Shown here: positions 17,155-23,643 of the stretch, piece after piece
Numbering within the stretch: position 1 is the first letter of the stretch
Layout of the letters: the number at the start of each line of letters is the position of its first letter
Origin: Cyclobacteriaceae bacterium
GTDB taxonomy: Bacteria; Bacteroidota; Bacteroidia; Cytophagales; JAAEPT01
Length of the DNA stretch: 36,437 nucleotides
Assembly: GCA_045106295.1 (NCBI GenBank)
Contig: JBGCEI010000083.1
Coordinates: forward strand, 1 to 36,437
Direction of reading: 5' to 3'
The notes under the pieces: generated by a model
The model's input: only the letters and a program-made list of their open reading frames with translations
What the model was told of the DNA's origin: nothing
The model's database searches: none
Made by a program: the position numbers and the translations under genes

Positions 17155-17958
17155 TTAACTAGCCAATTCGTTGTACAGCTCGAAGTAAGATTCAATCCCT
17201 TCATCGTCAGCATTGATATGATCTACTTTTGTTTCTTTAGATAGGTTTTCTACTACTTCTCTAAATGCATCATCGTCATTATTACTGATCACAGCATCGG
17301 CATATTCAGCTCCTATTTTTATGAATCCATCAAAATCGGCAGACTCTAGGTTACCTAACATGCTGTCTTCTATATCGAGCATTTTTACTTTATCTAATAA
17401 GTCTGATCCAAATTTATGTTCAAACCTGTTGTTGTATGGCGTAAAGATAGATTTTGCATTAGCAAAAATAGGATCTTGCTTATATCTCGTTTTCAAATAC
17501 AAAGGTACTAAACTAGACATCCAATCATTACAGTGAACCACATCTGGTGCCCACCCTAATTTCTTTACCGTCTCTAATGCTCCTTTACAAAAGAAAATAG
17601 CTCTTTCGTGATTGTCCTCGTAGAACTTATTTTCTTTGTCTACAAATACTGACTTACGGTGAAAATAGTCTTCGTTGTCGATAAAGTACACTTGTAACTT
17701 AGCATTTGGGATAGAGGCTACTTTAATTACCAATGGCTTCTCTTCATCCCCTACTGATATGTTAATACCAGAAAGACGAACTACTTCGTGTAATCTATTT
17801 TTTCTTTCATTTATTAAACCAAAACGAGGAACGAGGATTCTAATCTCCATTCCTTTTTCTTGCATCGCTTGCGGTAATTTTCTAACGTAGTCGGCTACTT
17901 CGGTGGTTTGTAAAAAGGGATTGATCTCGCTGGAAATGTACAGAATTCGATAAGACAT
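17155..17958 (-). CDS. half-size glycogen/starch-synthase-like protein (GT5 N-terminal domain only)
   Basis: 'YRILYISSEINPF...ADYVRKLPQAMQEKGMEIRILVPRFG' aligns with the GlgA N-terminus. The ATG at 17958 (MSYRILY) is preferred over the track start at 18009. At 267 aa it lacks a C-terminal GT-B lobe. Confidence 0.7.
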   Translation of the reverse strand: MSYRILYISSEINPFLQTTEVADYVRKLPQAMQEKGMEIRILVPRFGLINERKNRLHEVVRLSGINISVGDEEKPLVIKVASIPNAKLQVYFIDNEDYFHRKSVFVDKENKFYEDNHERAIFFCKGALETVKKLGWAPDVVHCNDWMSSLVPLYLKTRYKQDPIFANAKSIFTPYNNRFEHKFGSDLLDKVKMLDIEDSMLGNLESADFDGFIKIGAEYADAVISNNDDDAFREVVENLSKETKVDHINADDEGIESYFELYNELAS

Positions 17959-18077
17959 ATATGACTGAATTAAGTTTAATTTTTCGAAATGATTTGCAAA
18001 ATTAATCATTTTAGGGCAAATTTCCTTATATTTTGCCCTAAATCGTATCTATTCTCTTTTTAACTGCTTGTTTCGCC

Positions 18078-18911
18078 ATGAACATACTCACTTCTGTAGT
18101 TGAATTAACCACTTATGTGGCAGCAATCAAGAAAAGCAGTTCTTCGATTGGCTTTGTCCCTACCATGGGAAACTTGCATGAAGGACACTTGTCTTTGATA
18201 CGGACAGCAAAACAAAGCTGTGATGTAGTGATTGTCTCTATTTTTGTAAACCCCACTCAATTTAATAAGGCAGATGATTTAAAGAAATACCCTAGAACGG
18301 TAGAAAACGACACTAAATTATTGGAGGTAGAGGACTGTACAGCTTTATTCTTACCATCGGTAGAAGATGTTTACCCATCAGAACCGACGCTCCGTTTTTC
18401 TTTTGGAACGCTAGAGTCTGTATTGGAAGGCGCTCATAGAACTGGACATTTCAATGGTGTAGCACTAATTGTGAGCAAATTGTTTCATTGGGTACAGCCC
18501 AATATTGCTTTTTTTGGAGAGAAAGATTTACAACAGGTCCGTATCATAGAATCTATGGTAAGAGACTTGTCCTTTCAAATCAACATAAAAGTATGTCCTA
18601 TTCAAAGAGAAAATAATGGTTTAGCCATGTCGTCTCGAAACAATAGATTATCTGCTGATGAAAAGGAACAAGCTAGCCATATCTCTGTAGCGCTTACCAA
18701 AGCACGCCAATCGTTCAGTACACGCGCCATCACGGAAGTAAAGAAAGAAACCATTTCTTACTTGGAGCAAAATAGAATAAAGGTAGAATATGTAGACATT
18801 GTTGATGGCTATGATTTACGTTCCTTAGAAGAAAAAAGTGAATTGACTTATATGGTCGTTGCAGCTTATGTGGGCGATGTGCGTTTAATTGATAATATGG
18901 CTTTAAATTAA
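18078..18911 (+). CDS. panC: pantoate--beta-alanine ligase
   Basis: 'GFVPTMGNLHEGHLSLI', 'FVNPTQF' and 'FGEKDLQQ' motifs; 277 aa. Confidence 0.95.
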   Translation: MNILTSVVELTTYVAAIKKSSSSIGFVPTMGNLHEGHLSLIRTAKQSCDVVIVSIFVNPTQFNKADDLKKYPRTVENDTKLLEVEDCTALFLPSVEDVYPSEPTLRFSFGTLESVLEGAHRTGHFNGVALIVSKLFHWVQPNIAFFGEKDLQQVRIIESMVRDLSFQINIKVCPIQRENNGLAMSSRNNRLSADEKEQASHISVALTKARQSFSTRAITEVKKETISYLEQNRIKVEYVDIVDGYDLRSLEEKSELTYMVVAAYVGDVRLIDNMALN

Positions 18912-19059
18912 TTTTTAGCAGCTAGACTTTACTTCAAGCATCTCAAATTCTAACCCTAAATCACTTTCGTGGAATGGCGCACTTTTATGTTTGGAATCAA
19001 AAATTAGGCTGAAGACATAATCAGGATTGCTTTTTAATAACCACCACACTAACGATTTC

Positions 19060-19092
19060 CGTCATTCCCTTTAGTTGTCGGGAATCCCAGCC
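19060..19092 (+). repeat. REP-like hairpin repeat, copy B (CGTCATTCCC-N10-GGGAATC)
   Basis: Perfect 6-bp stem ATTCCC/GGGAAT. Shares the 11-mer CGTCATTCCCT with copy A. Confidence 0.5.
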
Positions 19093-19128
19093 AAGATTAG
19101 TGCTTCTTTTTCCTATGGAGGTAGTACT

Positions 19129-19159
19129 GTTCGAGATCCCTGACTTCTCGGGGATGACG
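19129..19159 (-). repeat. REP-like hairpin repeat, copy C (inverted relative to copy B)
   Basis: The reverse complement, CGTCATCCCCGAGAAGTCAGGGATCTCGAAC, has a 5-bp stem ATCCC/GGGAT and the same ATCTCGAAC tail as copy A. Confidence 0.5.
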
Positions 19160-19219
19160 TCAGATGGAAAAATTTGGAGTTCCACGAAAGTGGTTTTTTA
19201 TTTCTATCCGTAACAGATA

Positions 19220-19249
19220 TTGCCAAACCAAAGGAAGTCTGTATCTTTG
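19220..19249 (+). promoter_or_regulatory. candidate Bacteroidota sigma-A promoter (TTG-N19-TATCTTTG)
   Basis: TATCTTTG at 19242-19249 fits the TAnnTTTG -7 consensus, with a TTG at 19220-19222 nineteen nt upstream. It lies 23 nt before the proposed TTG start of the thioesterase. Confidence 0.35.
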
Positions 19250-19271
19250 TACCCAATTAATTTTTCAGCTT

Positions 19272-19829
19272 TTGGATACAACATTTAAACATGCGTCAGA
19301 ATCTCAGGTAGTAATCTCTGAACTGATGCTCCCTTCACACTCTAATTTTAGTGGCAAAATTCACGGGGGATACATACTGTCCTTAATGGACCAAGTGGCT
19401 TTTGCTTGTGCAGCTAAATATTCGGGTCAATACTGTGTCACCGCATCGGTTAATACCGTAGATTTTATTAATCCCATAGAAATAGGTGAATTGGTGACGC
19501 TCAAAGCGTCTGTGAACTGGGTAGGAAACAGTTCTATGGTGGTTGGAATTCGGGTAGAGTCAGAAGATATTACGACAGGAGAAAAAAAGCATTGCAACTC
19601 GTCGTACTTCACTATGGTATCTAAAGATGAAAATGGAAAAAATGTAGCTGTTCCAGGTTTAGTGTTAAGAACGGATGACGATATCCGTCGCTTTTCGAAA
19701 AGCATTAGAAGAAAAGAGATGCAGTCTACCCGTAGGAAGGAGTTTACCGATACAAACTTTGCCTCTAAGGCATACATCGATCAATTAAAAAATTATAAAG
19801 TAAAGGTAGAATACCAGCCTGCTTCTTAA
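19272..19829 (+). CDS. hotdog-fold acyl-CoA thioesterase (YciA/BFIT-like)
   Basis: 'MLPSHSNFSGKIHGGYILSLMDQVAFACAA...CVTASVNTVDFINPIEIGELV'. I propose the TTG start at 19272. The track start at 19164 would run through the repeat element and the candidate promoter. Confidence 0.8.
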   Translation: MDTTFKHASESQVVISELMLPSHSNFSGKIHGGYILSLMDQVAFACAAKYSGQYCVTASVNTVDFINPIEIGELVTLKASVNWVGNSSMVVGIRVESEDITTGEKKHCNSSYFTMVSKDENGKNVAVPGLVLRTDDDIRRFSKSIRRKEMQSTRRKEFTDTNFASKAYIDQLKNYKVKVEYQPAS

Positions 19830-19843
19830 AAAAAGATAACCGT

Positions 19844-21340
19844 ATGAAATTATTTTCTGCTGCTCAGATTAAAGCATGGGATTTAGTAACGATCAAGAAT
19901 GAGCAGATCCCTTCTTCTTCTTTGATGGAACGTGCTGCCGAGCAATTGTTTTCTTGGTTCGACCAAAATGTAGACAAACAGGTTCCGATAGTTGTTTTCT
20001 GTGGTCCTGGAAATAATGGTGGCGATGGGCTGGCTTTAGCAAGAATGCTTTGGCAGGCACACTACAGCGTGCGGGTATTTTCGATTACAGACAAGAGTTA
20101 TTCTATGGATAACTTAGTGAATCAAAATAACCTGCCTCCAGAAATGGAGAAAACAGAAATAAAAAGTACAGAAGACTTTCCTGAACTAATTCCGCAGGAA
20201 CTAATTGTAGATGCTATTTTTGGGAGTGGGTTATCTAAACCATTAAAAGGAAATTTTGCTGAATTGGTAGATTACCTGAATGAGGTATCCAATCTTATTT
20301 TTTCGATTGATGTTCCTTCTGGAATGTACGCTAATAAGCCAAATGGTATAAACGACGCTATCTTTGTGGCGGATATGACGTTTAGCTTTGAGCAACCGAA
20401 ACTTTCTTTCTTTTTAGAAGGGCAGGGCGATGCTACTGGAAATTGGCTCATCATCCCTATTAGCCTAGATCAGAATTTTTATGAAAATGAAGAGACCTCT
20501 TATCATTGGGTTTCTCCTCAGTTTATTGCTAGTTACTCGCAAGAGCGCTACAAATTTTCTCATAAAGGAGATTATGGACATGCCTTGATCATTGGTGGGT
20601 CGTACGGCATGTTGGGGGCAGCTACTTTAACGACTCAAGCTTGTCTACGAAGTGGTATTGGTAAAGTAACGGCACACATTCCTTCGTGTGGGTATGGTGT
20701 GATGCAAAGCAGTGTTCCAGAAGCGATGGTCACTACACCTACCTTATTAGATGCAAAAGCAGATCCTAATACAGTCAGTGCTTTTCCTGAAGAAGTAGCT
20801 GGCTATGACGTAATAGCGATAGGCCCAGGTTTAGGAACGCATAAAAAAGTAGCCAAAGGCTTACTAGAATTCTTACCTAAAATAAAGAAGCCCTTGGTGT
20901 TAGATGCTGATGCCTTGAACATCATAGCAACAAAGAAATCGAACATCTCTTTAATTCCTGTGTACAGTATTCTTACTCCTCATCCAGGTGAGTTTAAGCG
21001 ATTGTTAGGAAAGGAATGGAAAGATGAATATGAGAAGCTAGATTTACTAAAAGCATTCTGTAAGAAATACTCCTTAATCGTGGTATTAAAAGAAGCGTGT
21101 ACGACTATTGCGACACCAGATGGAGACCTTTATTTTAACTCTACAGGTAATCCGGGTATGGCTACGGCTGGTATGGGTGATGCCCTTACGGGAATAATAG
21201 CGGCTAAACTAGCACAAGGGTATGAATCGTTAGAAGCAGCTATTTTTGGTGTCTATTTACACGGACAGGCAGGAGATAAAGCGGTAGGAAAAAAAGGGAT
21301 GGAAGCATTGATTACAAGTGATCTGATTGATGCTCTTTAA
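19844..21340 (+). CDS. nnr: bifunctional NAD(P)H-hydrate epimerase / ADP-dependent dehydratase
   Basis: YjeF_N motif 'GPGNNGGDGLALARML', C-terminal carbohydrate-kinase motif 'GNPGMATAGMGDALTGII'; 498 aa. Confidence 0.9.
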   Translation: MKLFSAAQIKAWDLVTIKNEQIPSSSLMERAAEQLFSWFDQNVDKQVPIVVFCGPGNNGGDGLALARMLWQAHYSVRVFSITDKSYSMDNLVNQNNLPPEMEKTEIKSTEDFPELIPQELIVDAIFGSGLSKPLKGNFAELVDYLNEVSNLIFSIDVPSGMYANKPNGINDAIFVADMTFSFEQPKLSFFLEGQGDATGNWLIIPISLDQNFYENEETSYHWVSPQFIASYSQERYKFSHKGDYGHALIIGGSYGMLGAATLTTQACLRSGIGKVTAHIPSCGYGVMQSSVPEAMVTTPTLLDAKADPNTVSAFPEEVAGYDVIAIGPGLGTHKKVAKGLLEFLPKIKKPLVLDADALNIIATKKSNISLIPVYSILTPHPGEFKRLLGKEWKDEYEKLDLLKAFCKKYSLIVVLKEACTTIATPDGDLYFNSTGNPGMATAGMGDALTGIIAAKLAQGYESLEAAIFGVYLHGQAGDKAVGKKGMEALITSDLIDAL

Positions 21341-21525
21341 CGTAATTAGTAATGAATAGAATGAAATAAAAAATGAAACTGGTTTTATGTTTCTTCTGTC
21401 TAAAGACTTCTAATCTAATGTCTCTAGTCTAACTATCTTAAGATCTAAAAAAATGAAATCGAACGTTTGAAATTCTTAGGTTCAAAGACTAGAGAAGCTA
21501 GCAACTAGTTGCTAAACGCTAAAAT

Positions 21526-22194
21526 ATGAAAGAGTACATCACATTAAAATGGTTAATTAAAAAAGAGTTTCTCTCGTTTAAAAGGAATACGGCTCTTTTT
21601 TATAGCTATTTGCTCTACATTTTAGGAGTTAGTTTTATCTGCTACATTGGTTTTTTGGGCTCTGGGGGCATTCATCCACGGACGTGGAATACATTATTTT
21701 GGATTAGTTCGTTGTTTGGAACCATGCATATTTGTTACCGAAGTTTTTCGAGCTCTGAGAAAGGATTGTTTTACTACTATTACACCATTACTTCGCCAGA
21801 GGCTTATTTACTTTCTAAGATAGTCTATGGGTTTGTAGTGAGTTTTATAACATCGATTTGTAGCTATTTGGCATTTTCTCTTTTTCTGGGTAATCCAGTT
21901 CAAAACCAATTTTTGTATTTAGGAGCCATCGCTTTAGGGACGGGTTGTTTAAGTATTATTTTTACGCTTACTACGGCTATTGCCGATAAATCGAGTGAAA
22001 AGAGCGCTATGGTTCCTATTCTCTCTTTTCCTACTTCGTTACCCGTATTGATTCTAAGTGTAAAGTTGGCAAAAAATGCATTAGACGGAATAGCATTGAA
22101 CGAAAGTATTGACGAAATTGTATTACTTGGTGCCTTATTCCTTATTATCTTTACACTGTCTATTTTACTGTATCCTTTTATTTGGAGATCGTAA
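21526..22194 (+). CDS. ccmB: heme exporter permease CcmB
   Basis: 222 aa with about six TM helices. 'ILSFPTSLPVLILS' aligns with E. coli CcmB 'ILVLPLTIPLLIF'. It sits directly upstream of ccmC-D-E-F. Confidence 0.7.
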   Translation: MKEYITLKWLIKKEFLSFKRNTALFYSYLLYILGVSFICYIGFLGSGGIHPRTWNTLFWISSLFGTMHICYRSFSSSEKGLFYYYYTITSPEAYLLSKIVYGFVVSFITSICSYLAFSLFLGNPVQNQFLYLGAIALGTGCLSIIFTLTTAIADKSSEKSAMVPILSFPTSLPVLILSVKLAKNALDGIALNESIDEIVLLGALFLIIFTLSILLYPFIWRS

Positions 22195-22313
22195 CCGTTT
22201 AATGGGTAATTAAGAATGAATAATTAAAAAAATAGAATTTTAGATTATGAGGCAATAAGATTTTAAGTTAAGTCTAATTATCTCAGAGTCTTACAATCTA
22301 ATGACCTAACTAA

Positions 22314-22985
22314 ATGAAAGTTTCTACTGCTCTAAAAATCACATGTATTCTCTTGCTAGTGTATGTCTATGCAGCTGGTTTTCTGATTGAAGTACCTCGT
22401 CGAGCGATTTTGAATGAAACAATTAGAAATCTGTTTTTTCATGTGCCGATGTGGTTTACCATGATTACGCTACAGGCTATCTCGTTGTACTATTCCATTC
22501 GATTTTTGAGAAAGAAAAAAGTAGAAGATGATATCAAATCGTACAATCATGTGACGGTCAGTATTTTCTTTGGTTTGTTGGGTTTTGTAACCGGTATGTT
22601 CTGGGCAAAATTTACTTGGGGAGAATGGGTGGTAAATGACCCTAAGATCATAGGTTCTTTTATTGCTTTATTGATTTACCTTCCTTTTTTATTACTACGA
22701 AAGTTTATTCCTGAAAAGGAGCAGCGTGCTGTGATTAGTGCGGTCTACAATATTTTTGCCTTTACAATGGGGTTTATCCTGATTTTTGTAATTCCTCGTT
22801 TAACCGATTCTTTACATCCTGGAAATGGAGGAAATCCGGGCTTAAATATGTACGATGTAGATAATACGTTACGCATGGTGTTTTACCCTGCTGTAATAGG
22901 ATGGATTCTATTGGGACGCTGGATCACGAAATTAAAAATTGGTGTAGATTATTTAATTGCTAAGAAAAATGAAGAACTGGATTAA
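22314..22985 (+). CDS. ccmC: heme exporter / heme-handling protein CcmC
   Basis: WWD-type motif 'WAKFTWGEWVVNDPKI' (compare WGTWWVWDARLT); polytopic; 223 aa. Confidence 0.85.
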   Translation: MKVSTALKITCILLLVYVYAAGFLIEVPRRAILNETIRNLFFHVPMWFTMITLQAISLYYSIRFLRKKKVEDDIKSYNHVTVSIFFGLLGFVTGMFWAKFTWGEWVVNDPKIIGSFIALLIYLPFLLLRKFIPEKEQRAVISAVYNIFAFTMGFILIFVIPRLTDSLHPGNGGNPGLNMYDVDNTLRMVFYPAVIGWILLGRWITKLKIGVDYLIAKKNEELD

Positions 22986-23181
22986 GAAAATTGTTGTTGT
23001 AATGGCTGTACTTTGTCAATCTGTTGCTTTTGCACAATCAGACAAAATAGCCATGGCAGGTACGTTTAGAGCAGAAGGAAAAATTTATGTAGTAGTCGCC
23101 GTTTCACTGATCTTATTAGCAGGTATTTTTGTTTACCTGTTTAGGATAGAAAAAAAGCTGAAGAATCTTCAAGAAGATTAA
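22969..23181 (+). CDS. ccmD: CcmD-like small membrane protein (alternative Bacteroidota type)
   Basis: About 70 aa with one strong TM helix (IYVVVAVSLILLAGIFVYLF) and a basic tail. It sits between ccmC and ccmE and overlaps the ccmC 3' end. ATG at 22969 preferred over TTG at 22957. Confidence 0.55.
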   Translation: MKNWIKKIVVVMAVLCQSVAFAQSDKIAMAGTFRAEGKIYVVVAVSLILLAGIFVYLFRIEKKLKNLQED

Positions 23182-23226
23182 GAGATTTTAGATATTAGCT
23201 ACTCGATACTAAATACTATTCAAAAC

Positions 23227-23643
23227 ATGAAACTAACACACATCATAGCCCTTATTGTACTGATTATCAGTATTGTGATTGTCGTATTTACGCTGAACGA
23301 TGCTAGTACGTATGCTGACTTTGCAACTGCACAGGAATTAGGAATGAAAGAGGAAGGTGCTGAAGTACACATTGTAGGTGAGCTAAAAAAAGATGGAGCA
23401 GGGAATATTGTAGGAATGAGTTACCAACCTACGGTAGATGAAAACTTATTCAAGTTTGTATTGATAGACGAAAATCAGCGAGAAGAAGAAGTGATCTATT
23501 TTGCTCCTAAACCAGCAGATATGGACAAGTCTGAGAAAGTAGTAATTGTTGCGAGCTACGTAAAGGGTAAGTTTATTGCTAAAAAAATATTACTGAAGTG
23601 TCCTTCTAAGTACACAGAAGAAGAAATAAAAGAAGCTACATGA
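23227..23643 (+). CDS. ccmE: cytochrome c maturation heme chaperone CcmE, Cys-type variant
   Basis: N-terminal TM anchor plus an OB-fold-sized body. The C-terminal 'ILLKCPSKYTEEE' aligns with E. coli 'VLAKHDENYTPPE', so Cys replaces the heme-binding His. Confidence 0.85.
   Translation: MKLTHIIALIVLIISIVIVVFTLNDASTYADFATAQELGMKEEGAEVHIVGELKKDGAGNIVGMSYQPTVDENLFKFVLIDENQREEEVIYFAPKPADMDKSEKVVIVASYVKGKFIAKKILLKCPSKYTEEEIKEAT

Noticed and set aside
17321-18009. Plus-strand ORFs 17321-17536 and 17675-17890, and the 17-codon 5' extension of the glgA-like ORF (17959-18009)
   Set aside because: The first two are shadow ORFs. The extension precedes the conserved MSYRILY start and runs into the intergenic inverted repeat.
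19164-19271. 36-codon N-terminal extension of the thioesterase ORF (MEKFGVPRKWFFISIRNRY...) and the antisense ORF 19427-19777
   Set aside because: The extension is translated from the repeat element's right inverted repeat and from the candidate promoter, and it has no homology-like features. The hotdog domain begins just after the TTG at 19272. The antisense ORF is a shadow.
21373-21432. 19-codon hydrophobic mini-ORF (MKLVLCFFCLKTSNLMSLV) in the nnr-ccmB spacer
   Set aside because: It is too short to support from sequence alone, has no conservation evidence, and overlaps the inverted-repeat arm.
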